Source: a virus | Taxonomy: Duplodnaviria > Heunggongvirae > Uroviricota > Caudoviricetes | DNA: 36,639 nucleotides | Strand: one strand, 5' to 3' | IMG/VR virus record: IMGVR_UViG_2548876956_000006 | Part shown: piece by piece, positions 15,963 to 26,093 of the stretch | Numbering within the stretch: position 1 is the first letter of the stretch | Layout: each line of letters opens with the position of its first letter | The notes under the pieces: model-generated | What the model was told of the DNA's origin: nothing | Database searches by the model: none | What the model saw: the letters and a program-made list of their open reading frames with translations, nothing else | Made by a program: the position numbers and the translations under genes

Positions 15963-17015
15963 ATGAATCTGGTGATGTCAGATATTACCCGCAACAAGCT
16001 GGGTTGCTATATGGCGCAGCAGGCGTCGCTTAACAATATCCCGGTATCTGCACTGGTATCGCGATTTACCGTGGAACCCGCGGTGCAGCAGCGTTTTGAA
16101 AACGCCTCAAAGGAAAGTACCGAATTTACGAAAAGAATTAACGTGATCGGCGTGACCGACCAGAAAGGCGAAAAAATCCTCCTGGATACCACAGGACCAA
16201 TTGCGCGCACGAATACCAGTTATGACGGAACAAAACGCCGTAACCCGAATAATGTGGTTGATCTGAAAAACCGCAAATACCAGTGCGAACAGGTGAACTA
16301 CGACACGTTTATTTCGTATCCGCAGCTTGATGCCTGGTCGGCACACCCTGATTTTCAGTCCCGCATCAGCGCACAGATTGCCCGACAGGTGGCGCTTGAC
16401 CGCATCATGATCGGTTTCAACGGCACGTCTCACGCGGATGAGTCCAACTTCAGCACCAACAAGCTGCTTCAGGACGTTAACGTGGGCTGGCTGGAGCACA
16501 TCAGAACCGACGCCAGCGAACGCGTTATGAATGACGTGACGCTGACCTCCCGCAACATGGACAACACCGTGGCGCACGCGGGTAAGTATGCGAACGCTGA
16601 TGCACTGGTACAGGACGCGCGTTCATCCCTGCTGGATGAATGGCACAAGGAAGCTGACGACCTCGTGGTGATTATGGGGCGCAACCTGTTTAACTCGCTG
16701 CGTCTGCCCGTGCTGAACAGCATCAGCGGCCAGAATCCCAATGCGGAATTACTTGCCGGGCAGCTCATCCTGTCATCGCGCACCATTGGCGGGCTGGGCG
16801 TGTTCCTTGCGCCGTTCTTCCCGGATGCAACGATGCTGATCACCTCGTTCAACAACCTGTCGATTTACTGGCAGAAAGGTTCAATGCGTCGTCTGATGAA
16901 AGACGAACCGGAATACAACCGCATCGCCACCTATCAGTCCATCAATGACGCTTATGTCGTTGAAGACTATGGCAAGTGCGCGATGGTCACTGGCCTGAAG
17001 TTCGCCGACAGCTAA
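15963..17015 (+). CDS. N: Major capsid protein, P2 gpN-like
   Basis: 350 aa; FTVEPAVQQ..., GFNGTSHADES..., VEDYGKCAMV resemble P2 N as recalled; correct position. Confidence 0.9.
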   Translation: MNLVMSDITRNKLGCYMAQQASLNNIPVSALVSRFTVEPAVQQRFENASKESTEFTKRINVIGVTDQKGEKILLDTTGPIARTNTSYDGTKRRNPNNVVDLKNRKYQCEQVNYDTFISYPQLDAWSAHPDFQSRISAQIARQVALDRIMIGFNGTSHADESNFSTNKLLQDVNVGWLEHIRTDASERVMNDVTLTSRNMDNTVAHAGKYANADALVQDARSSLLDEWHKEADDLVVIMGRNLFNSLRLPVLNSISGQNPNAELLAGQLILSSRTIGGLGVFLAPFFPDATMLITSFNNLSIYWQKGSMRRLMKDEPEYNRIATYQSINDAYVVEDYGKCAMVTGLKFADS

Positions 17016-17060
17016 TCAACTCACGGCGGGCATCATGCCCGCCTGTAACGGAGAGAAAAA

Positions 17061-17861
17061 ATGATTACTCCTGCACAGCAACACTGGCAGAACGTGATGG
17101 CACAGCGCGCAGGCCGGGCGAATGAAGGCGTGGACCACGCCGCGCGTACCGCGCATGAAGAGGTGCTGTATCGTCTGCGTCTGGCACAGGCCCGGCTTAA
17201 GGGCGTACAGGCCAGAAGCGCGAAAGCCGCCATCAAAAAAGAGTTGTTGCCGGACTTTTCCGGCTGGATTGAGGGAACGCTGGAGGCTGACGGCGGGCAG
17301 CAGGATGAAGTGATTGCCACGCTGATGGTGTGGGCGATTGACTGCGGCGATCTTCCGCTGGCGCTGCGTATTGGTGCGTATGTGGTCCGTCACAACCTCA
17401 TTATGCCGGATAACTTTGGCCGTACTGCTGCCACGGTACTGACCGAAGAAATCTGCAACCCGGTACTGACGCAGGCCGGGACGGATGCCGACGCGGATTT
17501 ATCCGCCTTTATCGAACCACTGGATACCCTCCGGGAGATTGTCACCGACCAGGACATGCCGGACGAAGTGCGCGCCAAATTATGCAAGGCGTGTGCCTTT
17601 GCCCGTCGTGGCCTGACCGATGCGGACAGCATGGCCTCATCACTGAAGCTGCTGCGCGAAGCGATGCACCTGAACCCGAACGCAGGTGTGAAACGCGAGA
17701 TTGCAACCCTTTCCCGCGCCCTGAAAAAAGCCGATTCCGCAGCCGAACCAGAAGACGCCAGCACACCGCAGGCGCAGGACGAAAGCAGCAAAAGTAAAAA
17801 GACAACGCGGAAGCCTGCAACACGAAAAACCACCGCGACGCAGAAGGCGAAGCGCGGTTAA
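17061..17861 (+). CDS. M: Terminase small/endonuclease subunit, P2 gpM-like
   Basis: 266 aa in the M position; basic C-terminal tail. Confidence 0.8.
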   Translation: MITPAQQHWQNVMAQRAGRANEGVDHAARTAHEEVLYRLRLAQARLKGVQARSAKAAIKKELLPDFSGWIEGTLEADGGQQDEVIATLMVWAIDCGDLPLALRIGAYVVRHNLIMPDNFGRTAATVLTEEICNPVLTQAGTDADADLSAFIEPLDTLREIVTDQDMPDEVRAKLCKACAFARRGLTDADSMASSLKLLREAMHLNPNAGVKREIATLSRALKKADSAAEPEDASTPQAQDESSKSKKTTRKPATRKTTATQKAKRG

Positions 17862-17962
17862 CGACTGACCCCGTCAGCGGGCGGCGTGCGCGGTGTTCCG
17901 GTTTGACTCCGTGACCGTTTACACCGCGCACCCACCGCCCGATTTTTTCAGGAGTGAACCCC

Positions 17963-18457
17963 ATGAGTATGGTTGCCAGAACCAACCCCGGACCCGCAGA
18001 GGACGACATCACCGATACCGATGATGGTGATACCCGTATTTCAGCGGGTGCATTCTGGCCGGATATTGTGCTGCGTGAGCTGCGTCTGGCGGTACGACTG
18101 CCGGGCCGTGTGACCACCTCCCGCCTGCTGCATACCGCCACTGGGGCCGTGGCACACGTTACCCGCGAGCTGGAAGCATGGCAGCAGGAACAGCAGGCGG
18201 CTGGCCATCAGACGCTGGCCGATGTTCCGGCACCCGTAATTAACGGAGAAAGCGTCAATCTCTGGCACTGGCGCAATGCTGTTTATACCGCCACACGCGC
18301 CCTGATTCTGGAGCGTTACCGCGATGCGGACACAACGGACAAGGGCGACCGCCGGGCGGACGCACTGGATATACAGACATCGGATTTGTGGCGCGATGTG
18401 AGCTGGGCCATCTCTGACATTCTGCGCCGCCCGCGAATCTTTGCGGAGTTGTGCTGA
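17963..18457 (+). CDS. L: Head completion/stabilisation protein, P2 gpL-like
   Basis: DVPAPVINGESVNLWHWRNAVYTATRALILERYRDADTTDKGDRRADAL...LWRDVSWAISDILRRPR parallels P2 L; SD aggag is 8 nt before the ATG at 17963. Confidence 0.85.
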   Translation: MSMVARTNPGPAEDDITDTDDGDTRISAGAFWPDIVLRELRLAVRLPGRVTTSRLLHTATGAVAHVTRELEAWQQEQQAAGHQTLADVPAPVINGESVNLWHWRNAVYTATRALILERYRDADTTDKGDRRADALDIQTSDLWRDVSWAISDILRRPRIFAELC

Positions 18458-18657
18458 TGAAGGTGAAGGCACTGGAAGGCGACACCGTGGATTCGCTCTG
18501 TTTCCGGTACTACGGCACGACGCAGGGCGTCACCGAAAAGGTGCTGGATGCCAACCCCGGGCTCTGTCAGCAGGTATTTCTGGACGCCGGGCAGGAAGTG
18601 GAGATGCCGGAGCCGGAGAAGAAGAAACGAGAAATGATTCAGTTGTGGGGGGAATAG
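18451..18657 (+). CDS. X: Tail protein X (LysM-like), P2 gpX-like
   Basis: 68 aa; KALEGDTVDSLCFRYYGTTQGVTEKVLDANPGL matches the gpX pattern. Confidence 0.8.
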   Translation: MLMKVKALEGDTVDSLCFRYYGTTQGVTEKVLDANPGLCQQVFLDAGQEVEMPEPEKKKREMIQLWGE

Positions 18658-18659
18658 CA

Positions 18660-18983
18660 GTGAGCACCATTCAAACAGGGATCACAGAGCAGGTTATTGC
18701 GTGGCTCTTTGACCACCTGCCAACGGTGTATGCAGTAGGCGCGGCGGTCAGCATTTCCGCGCTGATGAGTCTTTATGACGGACGAACACTGGTTCAGACC
18801 GTAACGGGATCGCTGGCGTGCGGCGTTCTTGCCATGGCCGTGGCCGGGTCGTTGCGCTTCTTCGGGTTTCCTGAAGATGCCGTGACGTTTATCGGCGCAT
18901 CAATCGGTTTTATGGGCGCAGAGAAAGCACGCGACAAGGTTATTGCGGCCTTTAATCGCAGGGTGAAAGAGAAGGACGAATGA
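18660..18983 (+). CDS. Holin (GTG start)
   Basis: About 107 aa with two to three hydrophobic helices; located between X and the endolysin. The ORF track shows the same frame extended upstream. Confidence 0.6.
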   Translation: MSTIQTGITEQVIAWLFDHLPTVYAVGAAVSISALMSLYDGRTLVQTVTGSLACGVLAMAVAGSLRFFGFPEDAVTFIGASIGFMGAEKARDKVIAAFNRRVKEKDE

Positions 18984-19372
18984 GCAACACATTTAAATTC
19001 AGCAACCGGAGCGAAAAGAATTTGCAGGGCGTAAATCCTGATCTGGTGAAAGTGACCCGACGGGCACTGGAAATTTCGGAAGTGGATTTTGGTATCACCG
19101 AAGGGTTGCGCAGCCGTTACCGCCAGAAGCAACTTGTGGCCACAGGTAAGAGCCAGACCATGAACAGCCGCCACCTTACGGGACATGCCGTGGATGTTGT
19201 GGCTTATATCGGCAGCCAGGTGTCATGGGAATGGCCGCTGTACGAAAAAATCGCAGTAGCATTCAGACAGGCCAGCCGGGAACTGAATATTCCGGTGGAA
19301 TGGGGCGGCGACTGGAAGACCCTGAAAGACGGACCGCATTTTCAGTTACCACACGGAGCCTATCCGGCATGA
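18980..19372 (+). CDS. Endolysin, peptidase M15-type (L-alanyl-D-glutamate/D-Ala-D-Ala peptidase-like)
   Basis: 130 aa; SRHLTGHAVDV ... DGPHFQ zinc-binding His/Asp pattern of M15 peptidases; start overlaps the holin stop. Confidence 0.7.
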   Translation: MSNTFKFSNRSEKNLQGVNPDLVKVTRRALEISEVDFGITEGLRSRYRQKQLVATGKSQTMNSRHLTGHAVDVVAYIGSQVSWEWPLYEKIAVAFRQASRELNIPVEWGGDWKTLKDGPHFQLPHGAYPA

Positions 19373-19776
19373 AGCTCTGGCCCACGCTGGGTGTCGCTTT
19401 CCTTCTGATTGCCGCATGGGAAACATCCATGCGTCTGTCATGGTCGCTTGGCCGGGAGAACGCCAGAAACGAAGCACAGGCCAGCACCCTGAAAAGTACC
19501 GTCGACACCCTGAATATCATCAGCACCGGGGTACAGGATATGCAGCAGGTGCTGGCGCAACTCCGCGTGGAAAATCAACAGAGAAATCAGGACGGAGAGG
19601 CCAGACGTGAACAGCTACGCAACGATATTGCAAAAGATGAATGCGCCCTCGCTTTGCCTGACGCTCGTTTTACTGACAGGTTGCGCAGGCACGCAGAACG
19701 CGCCACTGCCAGCGCCGTCAGTCCGGCTTATACCGCAGACGCTGACCATACCGGTAATGCCTCCCCCCTTCCCTGA
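19369..19776 (+). CDS. lysB: i-spanin (Rz/LysB-like)
   Basis: N-terminal TM (MKLWPTLGVAFLLIAAW) followed by a coiled-coil-like segment; ATG overlaps the endolysin stop. Confidence 0.6.
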   Translation: MKLWPTLGVAFLLIAAWETSMRLSWSLGRENARNEAQASTLKSTVDTLNIISTGVQDMQQVLAQLRVENQQRNQDGEARREQLRNDIAKDECALALPDARFTDRLRRHAERATASAVSPAYTADADHTGNASPLP

Positions 19777-19927
19777 CACTCCCACATGGGGAAATCTCGG
19801 TATATGGGGCGACCGCCTTCTGGATGCACTGGAAACCTGTAACGCGGATAAACGGGCCATTGAATTACTGGAACAGCGCAGGCTGCAACGACTGAACAAC
19901 GAGGATAACAACCATGCTGAAAACTGA
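19637..19927 (+). CDS. lysC: o-spanin lipoprotein (Rz1/LysC-like), overlapping the i-spanin in the +1 frame
   Basis: MNAPSLCLTLVLLTGCAG signal peptide with lipobox LLTGC, Pro-rich mature region; starts inside the i-spanin gene and extends beyond it. Confidence 0.6.
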   Translation: MNAPSLCLTLVLLTGCAGTQNAPLPAPSVRLIPQTLTIPVMPPPFPDTPTWGNLGIWGDRLLDALETCNADKRAIELLEQRRLQRLNNEDNNHAEN

Positions 19928-20381
19928 TTCCCTGCGTGAAGCCATGACCCGTTCATGCCGATGGTGTCAGGCTAACCCGGAAAAATTCACCATTTTCGTG
20001 GAGAGCGGCAACATTGAAACGACCGGAGAAACGCCCTCGTTTGTTTACCGCTATCAAATGGTGATGTTTGTCATGGATTACGCCGGAGAGCTGGACGACC
20101 TCACGCTGCCGCTGCTGGCGTGGTTATCCGAAAATCAGCCACAGTTGTTGCTCAACCCGGAGCGTAATCAGGACATCAAATTTTCCGCCGTTATCAATGA
20201 CGATGACAGCGCCGATCTCCTGTTTACGCTCCCCCTGCGGGAACGCGTTCGCATCACGCGCAGCAGTCAGGGCACACCGCAGGCAGAACACCTGCCGGAG
20301 CCAAAACCCCACCTGCCATCTTCCGAAGGCGACTGGTCGCATGTATTCCAGGATGTGACGTGGGGTGAAAGCGATGGATAA
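19914..20381 (+). CDS. R: Tail completion protein, P2 gpR-like
   Basis: 155 aa (same length as P2 R), in the conserved position. Confidence 0.8.
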   Translation: MLKTDSLREAMTRSCRWCQANPEKFTIFVESGNIETTGETPSFVYRYQMVMFVMDYAGELDDLTLPLLAWLSENQPQLLLNPERNQDIKFSAVINDDDSADLLFTLPLRERVRITRSSQGTPQAEHLPEPKPHLPSSEGDWSHVFQDVTWGESDG

Positions 20382-21009
20382 GGCATTCACCCGCGTGGAT
20401 GAAACCTTTGAGGCCATCCGCGACAGCCTGAATCAGCAGGCCATCAATAACATCGCCAGAAAGCTGGCACAGGATTTACGCCGCGCCCAGCAGGCGCGTA
20501 TCCGGTCACAGAAAGCGCCGGACGGGACCGCGTGGACACCACGCAGACGCCGCGTAACCCGGATACAGGAACGCATTCGCTTTATCTGGAATAACGAAGC
20601 ACGCACGCTGAAAAACTGGCATCACGACACGGGGAAATACGGGCGAACCATTACCGGGTGGGATGAGGATAAAAACAATATCCGCACGTTTTACCGAGAT
20701 GACATCGACCGTTTTCTGGAAATACGCACCCGGCGCATCAACCAGGACAGCACCAGGCGCGTCCCCATGTTCGTAAAACTGCGCACCGCCCGCTACCTGA
20801 AAGCCCGTGCAGATGCTTCCGGTGTGACGGTGGGTTACAGCGGCGTGGCCGCACGTATTGCACGCGTTCATCAGTTCGGTGAGCGCGATCAGGTTGCGCC
20901 GGGCATTTTCACCGATTACCCGGTACGTGAGCTGCTGGGTATCAGCCAGGCAGATGAACGCCTGATTTATAACACGGTGCTGGGCCGGATTGCGGAGGTT
21001 GTACGGTGA
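20365..21009 (+). CDS. S: Tail completion/virion morphogenesis protein, P2 gpS-like
   Basis: Position between R and V; start could be the downstream ATG at 20374. Confidence 0.75.
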   Translation: MKAMDKAFTRVDETFEAIRDSLNQQAINNIARKLAQDLRRAQQARIRSQKAPDGTAWTPRRRRVTRIQERIRFIWNNEARTLKNWHHDTGKYGRTITGWDEDKNNIRTFYRDDIDRFLEIRTRRINQDSTRRVPMFVKLRTARYLKARADASGVTVGYSGVAARIARVHQFGERDQVAPGIFTDYPVRELLGISQADERLIYNTVLGRIAEVVR

Positions 21010-21587
21010 GCGCAGAACTCATGCGACTGCTGAGCAACATCATCCGCACCGGGATCATCTCTGAAGTTGATGAGGAATCCTGGTGCGTGCGCGTTCGCAG
21101 CGGCGAACTGGAAACAGGCTGGTTGCGCTGGAACACCACGCGCGCGGGAGCCTTCAATGTGTGGCTGCCGCCATCACCAGGCGAACAGGTGGTAATTGCC
21201 TGCATTGGCGGCAACCCGGAAACCGCCATGATAATTGGCAGCCTGTGGAGTGATGCCATTCCGGCCCCCGGCAAAAGCCTGAAAGAAATCGTGGTCAGCG
21301 CGCCGGATGGCGCGGTGTTCCGCTACGACGCGGCCGCAGGCGCACTGAGCGCCAGCGGCATGAAAACAGCCACCCTGCAGGCATCCGTCAGCGTGACACT
21401 GGATACGCCCGTCGTGGAATGCACAGACCTTCTGAGAACGGCGACGCTTGACGTCACAAAAGGGGGAAAGATGAGCGGCAATATCACGCACAGCGGCGGC
21501 AATTTCACCTCAAACGGCATCACAGTGCATACGCATAAACACGGTGGCGTTAAAGGTGGCAGCGATTCGACAGGAGGCCCGCAGTGA
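21006..21587 (+). CDS. V: Baseplate assembly/spike protein, P2 gpV-like
   Basis: 193 aa; conserved position; overlapping start/stop with neighbours. Confidence 0.8.
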   Translation: MSAELMRLLSNIIRTGIISEVDEESWCVRVRSGELETGWLRWNTTRAGAFNVWLPPSPGEQVVIACIGGNPETAMIIGSLWSDAIPAPGKSLKEIVVSAPDGAVFRYDAAAGALSASGMKTATLQASVSVTLDTPVVECTDLLRTATLDVTKGGKMSGNITHSGGNFTSNGITVHTHKHGGVKGGSDSTGGPQ

Positions 21588-21934
21588 CAACCCGCTACAC
21601 AGGAATGAACCCGGACGGAACGGGAAACCTGAACGATATGGAGCACCTGAAACAGTCAGTCAGGGACATCCTGACCACCCCGCTGGCAAGCCGGGTTATG
21701 CGACGGGAATATGGCAGCCTTGTGCCTGATTTGATTGACGAACCCATGAATAACACCACGCGTCTGCAATGCATGAGTGCTGCCGTGATTGCGCTGACAC
21801 GATGGGAGCCCCGCATTGCCCTGGATGCCATCGACGTTGTCTGGAAGGCAGGAGGCCGCGCCGGGGTGACGCTGTCGGGCACTGTCATGCAGACCATGCA
21901 GAATGTTGAATTAACCATCACGCTGAGGGAGTAA
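21584..21934 (+). CDS. W: Baseplate wedge protein, P2 gpW-like (GP25 family)
   Basis: 116 aa; conserved position. Confidence 0.8.
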   Translation: MTTRYTGMNPDGTGNLNDMEHLKQSVRDILTTPLASRVMRREYGSLVPDLIDEPMNNTTRLQCMSAAVIALTRWEPRIALDAIDVVWKAGGRAGVTLSGTVMQTMQNVELTITLRE

Positions 21935-21937
21935 ATC

Positions 21938-22834
21938 ATGCCTGCCGTTGACCTTTCACAGTTACCGGAACCCGCCATCATCGCGGAGCCTGACTTTGAG
22001 GCAATTCTGGCTGACACAAAGGCCATGATGATTGCGTCCTATCCCGCCGAACAGCGTGAAGCCGTTTCCGCCGCGCTGGAGCTGGAATCGGAACCCCTTA
22101 ACGTTATCGCTCAAACCATGTCGTTTCGTGAAATGCTGTTACGCCAGCGGGTCAATGAGGGTGCACGCGCCTGCATGCTAAGCCACAGCGCCGGGACAGA
22201 CCTGGACAACCTCGCGGGCAATATGAACACAAAGCGCCTGGTTATCACTCCGGCAACGGATACCACCGACGCAGTGATGGAAAGTGACACCTCGCTGAGA
22301 CTACGGGCGCAACGGGCATATGACGGTCTGAGTGTTGCTGGCCCGTCAGGTGCATACGAGTATTTTGCACGCAGCGCCAGCGGTCTGGTACGCGATGCGC
22401 GGGCCATCAGCCCGTCTCCGGCCAACGTGACGGTTTCCATCCTGTCCACTGAGGGCGACGGCACAGCAACGGAGGCGTTGCTTAATACCGTTCGCGCCGT
22501 TCTGAATGCAGAGGATACCCGCCCGGTGGCCGACCGCCTGACCGTACAGAGTGCCAGAATCGTGACATGGCGGCTGAATGCAAAACTGTACTTTTACCCC
22601 GGCCCGGAATCCGAACCTATTCTGGCCGCGGCGGAATCGTCGTTCAGGAAGTGGCTGTCTGAGCAGGGGCTTATCGGTCAGGACGTGGCGTTGTCCGCCA
22701 TTGCTGCCGCACTGCATGTGCACGGTGTGCAACGCGTGGAGATAATCGAACCCACACAAAATATGGCCATCAGCGACATACAGGCGGCGCGCTGTGAGTC
22801 ATTCACCATCAGCGAAGGTGGGCGTAATGAGTAA
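21938..22834 (+). CDS. J: Baseplate protein, P2 gpJ-like
   Basis: 298 aa; conserved position. Confidence 0.85.
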   Translation: MPAVDLSQLPEPAIIAEPDFEAILADTKAMMIASYPAEQREAVSAALELESEPLNVIAQTMSFREMLLRQRVNEGARACMLSHSAGTDLDNLAGNMNTKRLVITPATDTTDAVMESDTSLRLRAQRAYDGLSVAGPSGAYEYFARSASGLVRDARAISPSPANVTVSILSTEGDGTATEALLNTVRAVLNAEDTRPVADRLTVQSARIVTWRLNAKLYFYPGPESEPILAAAESSFRKWLSEQGLIGQDVALSAIAAALHVHGVQRVEIIEPTQNMAISDIQAARCESFTISEGGRNE

Positions 22835-23357
22835 TTCACTGTTACCGCCATCAGCCAGCAATTTCATGCGTTGTGCCGAAGCTGTCGGAACGCGCATTAC
22901 AGACATTCCGGTAGACCTCAACACGCTGTGGTCGCCGGACACCTGCCCGGTGCATCTGCTGCCTTATCTCGCCTGGGCATTTTCCGTTGACCGCTGGGAT
23001 CGCAACTGGCCGGAAGAGACAAAGCGACAGGTGATTCGTGATGCATGGCTGATACACCGACACAAAGGGACCATCAGCGCACTGCGCCGGGCCATTGAGC
23101 CGCTGGGATACCTCATTCGTGTGTCTGAGTGGTGGGAGTTCGGCGGAGAACCGGGAACATTTACCGTTGAAGTCGGCACGCTGGACAGTGGCGTGACGGA
23201 GGAAATGTATCTGGAAATGGAGCGGTTGATTGCTGATGCCCGCCCGGTCAGCCGCCACATGACAGGGCTGAATATCATTCAGGAGATCCCGGGGGATATT
23301 TTCACGGCGGCAGCAACTTACGACGGTGAAGTCATTACCATTTATCCGGACGATTAA
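22827..23357 (+). CDS. I: Baseplate/tail protein, P2 gpI-like
   Basis: 176 aa from the ATG at 22827 (SD gaaggtggg), overlapping the J stop. Confidence 0.8.
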   Translation: MSNSLLPPSASNFMRCAEAVGTRITDIPVDLNTLWSPDTCPVHLLPYLAWAFSVDRWDRNWPEETKRQVIRDAWLIHRHKGTISALRRAIEPLGYLIRVSEWWEFGGEPGTFTVEVGTLDSGVTEEMYLEMERLIADARPVSRHMTGLNIIQEIPGDIFTAAATYDGEVITIYPDD

Positions 23358-23359
23358 GC

Positions 23360-25186
23360 ATGAGTACCACAACACGAAAATTTAAAACCATTATCACTGA
23401 TACTGGTGCCAAAAAATTAGCTCAGGCAGCCGCGCCAGATGGTAATCCTGTCCGCCTGACTCACATGGCCGTGGGCGACGGTGGCGGCACGTTGCCCACA
23501 CCAGACAGTAAGCAGACCCGTCTGGTGCATGAGGTGTGGCGACATACTGTTAATCGCGTCATCCTGGACGCAACACATCAGAACCGCATTATTGCGGAGC
23601 TGGTTATTCCTCCTGAAACGGGCGGATTCTGGATCCGGGAAATTGGTGTATTTGATGAGCACGGCGATTTGATCGCGGTGGGCAATACTGCGGAAAGTTA
23701 CAAGCCAGCCGTTGCCGAAGGATCCGGACGTGCACAAACATTTCGCACCATTCTGACCGTATCCAGCACTGCCACCGTGGCGCTTACCGTGGATAACACC
23801 ATGGTTATGGCCACAGTGGATTACGTGAATGACAAACTGAAAGAACATGAACAGTCACGACGTCACCCGGACGCCTCGCTGACCGCAAAAGGCTTTGTTC
23901 AACTCAGTAGCGCCACCAACAGCACGTCTGAAGCACTGGCCGCAACGCCGAAAGCGGTCAAGGCAGCCTATGACCTTGCTAACGGGAAATATACCGCACA
24001 GGACGCCACTACAGCGCGGAAAGAACTTGTCCAGCTCAGTAGCGCCACCAACAGCGATTCAGAAACGCTGGCGGCAACACCAAAGGCGGTAAAGGCAGCC
24101 TATGACCTTGCTAACGGGAAATATACCGCACAGGACGCCACGACGGCACGAAAAGGAATAGTCCAGCTCAGTAGCGTCACTAACAGTGATTCTGAAACGC
24201 TTGCCGCGACTCCGAAAGCGGTGAAAGCCGCTAATGACAATGCAAACGGGCGTGTGCCCTCTGGACGTAAGGTTAATGGCAAATCACTAGCCAATGATGT
24301 CAATGTTACATCGCAGGATATTTTTAACGGCCAGAGTATTGAGATTGGTGCAAATCAGAATCTGGATAATTACAAAACACCGGGGCTGTACCATCAGCCA
24401 TTGAATGCCAATACAAGCGCAGCGCTGAAATACCCGGAGAATTTTGCGGGTACACTGGTTGTGCTTAAAAATGCCGGGATAACACAGATTTACTATGTGT
24501 ATGACACATCCAGAAGCTATACCCGCAGCCAGTACTCAACGGGTGACTGGACACCATGGACGCCACAAGATTCATTTCCGGTAGGTGCGGCGATACCGTG
24601 GCCTTCTGATTCAGTGCCTACAGGCTACACCGTTATGCAGGGGCAGACTTTTGATAAAACAGTCTACCCCCTGCTTGCAGTCGCTTATCCGTCTGGTGTG
24701 ATCCCTGATATGCGTGGCTGGACGATTAAGGGCAAACCCGCCAGTGGTCGGGCCGTATTATCTCAGGAACAGGACGGCATTAAATCACACTCCCACAGTG
24801 CCAGCGCGTCCAGTACGGACTTGGGGACAAAAACCACATCATCATTTGACTACGGCACCAAGACGTCCAGTTCATTTAACCATGGCACTAAAACCACGAA
24901 TAGCGCCGGGGATCATTCACACAATATTCCTGTTGGCAACACTGGCGCTGGTAATGGTGTTTCGGCTGGTTATAACTCAGGGCTTGGCACTGGAAAAACA
25001 AGTAACGCAGGGGGGCACTCTCACACAGTAAATATTGGCGCACACACTCATACGGTAGGAATTGGCGCACACACACACTCCGTTGCGATAGGTTCACACG
25101 GGCATACCATCACCGTTAACGCTACGGGTAACGCAGAAAACACCGTAAAAAACATCGCATTTAACTATATTGTGAGGCTTGCATGA
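23360..25186 (+). CDS. H: Tail fibre protein, P2 gpH-like, with phage-fibre tandem repeats and a Gly/His-rich C-terminal tip
   Basis: 608 aa; three tandem ~44-aa repeats ([40 protein letters not shown]); C-terminal GxHxH repeats ([25 protein letters not shown]). Confidence 0.9.
   Translation: MSTTTRKFKTIITDTGAKKLAQAAAPDGNPVRLTHMAVGDGGGTLPTPDSKQTRLVHEVWRHTVNRVILDATHQNRIIAELVIPPETGGFWIREIGVFDEHGDLIAVGNTAESYKPAVAEGSGRAQTFRTILTVSSTATVALTVDNTMVMATVDYVNDKLKEHEQSRRHPDASLTAKGFVQLSSATNSTSEALAATPKAVKAAYDLANGKYTAQDATTARKELVQLSSATNSDSETLAATPKAVKAAYDLANGKYTAQDATTARKGIVQLSSVTNSDSETLAATPKAVKAANDNANGRVPSGRKVNGKSLANDVNVTSQDIFNGQSIEIGANQNLDNYKTPGLYHQPLNANTSAALKYPENFAGTLVVLKNAGITQIYYVYDTSRSYTRSQYSTGDWTPWTPQDSFPVGAAIPWPSDSVPTGYTVMQGQTFDKTVYPLLAVAYPSGVIPDMRGWTIKGKPASGRAVLSQEQDGIKSHSHSASASSTDLGTKTTSSFDYGTKTSSSFNHGTKTTNSAGDHSHNIPVGNTGAGNGVSAGYNSGLGTGKTSNAGGHSHTVNIGAHTHTVGIGAHTHSVAIGSHGHTITVNATGNAENTVKNIAFNYIVRLA
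23894..24245 (+). repeat. Three tandem ~132-bp in-frame repeats inside the tail-fibre gene
   Basis: Near-identical units starting near 23894, 24026 and 24158; coding (phage fibre repeat), not CRISPR. Confidence 0.7.
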
Positions 25187-26085
25187 TTACGCTCATTCTT
25201 TCTGCACCAGTAACAGAAATGGCTGAAGCATTTAAGCAGGTATTTGCAAATGCAGATAGTGTGAATATTGTCGGAAAGCCATTTGAAACAATCAGAGAAT
25301 TTGACTGCATGGTAAGTGCGGCAAATAGTTTCGGCTTGATGGATGGTGGCGTTGATGCCGCCATTACCGCATTCTTCGGTACTCAGTTACAGTTCCGCGT
25401 TCAGAATCATATTCTTCGTGAATATCTCGGCGAACAGCCTGTAGGTTCTGCATTTGTCATTGAAACGGGGCATAATCATCACCCCTGGCTGGTACATGCG
25501 CCAACAATGCGTGTTCCGTTGACAATTGACGGAACAGACGCTGTATATAACGCAACCTGGGCCGCTCTGCTTGCCATCTTTCAACACAATAAAAACGCAA
25601 CGACAGACATGAAAATAAAAACAGTGGTATTCCCTGCAATGGGGGCCGGATGTGGTCAGGTGCCGTTTGAAAGTGTTGCCCGACAGATGAAGCAGGCATG
25701 GGATAACTTTAATAAAAAAACAGAATCAATTAACTGGGAATACGCACAATCTCGCCAGTCGGCAGTATTTGGCACATATGCATACTGTCCGGGTAATTCC
25801 GTTTGCCGTTATGCGGATACTAAATATATTGGATGTGGCGATTATCGGACGTGTTGCTCTCGTTCCGGGCAAGTCTGTATTAACCCTGAACATCAGGCTG
25901 ATGATGTACTGATACAACATCAGGCTAATAACCGTTTTCGCCCTGGTTCGCATATACACCGGATTAATCCAGAAAATCCCGTAGGTAATGTCACCTCTGG
26001 CGCACATAGCCACGGAAGTAGCATCGTTATTGGTACTCCCACCCATACGCTCAATAAACAATATTCTGTCTCTGATATTAAGTAG
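25183..26085 (+). CDS. Macro-domain (ADP-ribose-binding/hydrolase-like) protein with a Cys/His-rich fibre-tip-like C-terminal region
   Basis: ATG overlaps the H stop (ATGA). [32 protein letters not shown]...WLVHAPTM and [19 protein letters not shown] match the three hallmark macro-domain segments (compare E. coli YmdB). The C-terminal ~120 aa carry GSHIH and GAHSHG motifs like the H tip. Confidence 0.75.
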   Translation: MITLILSAPVTEMAEAFKQVFANADSVNIVGKPFETIREFDCMVSAANSFGLMDGGVDAAITAFFGTQLQFRVQNHILREYLGEQPVGSAFVIETGHNHHPWLVHAPTMRVPLTIDGTDAVYNATWAALLAIFQHNKNATTDMKIKTVVFPAMGAGCGQVPFESVARQMKQAWDNFNKKTESINWEYAQSRQSAVFGTYAYCPGNSVCRYADTKYIGCGDYRTCCSRSGQVCINPEHQADDVLIQHQANNRFRPGSHIHRINPENPVGNVTSGAHSHGSSIVIGTPTHTLNKQYSVSDIK

Positions 26086-26093
26086 AGGTGAAC

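Noticed and set aside
17542-18141. 199-aa minus-strand ORF spanning M and L
   Set aside because: Antisense across two well-supported structural genes and their intergenic region; Arg/Ser-rich; spurious.
23894-24245. Tandem repeats considered as a possible CRISPR or minisatellite array
   Set aside because: Units are ~132 bp, in frame, inside the tail-fibre ORF and encode the conserved phage fibre repeat; no spacers or leader.
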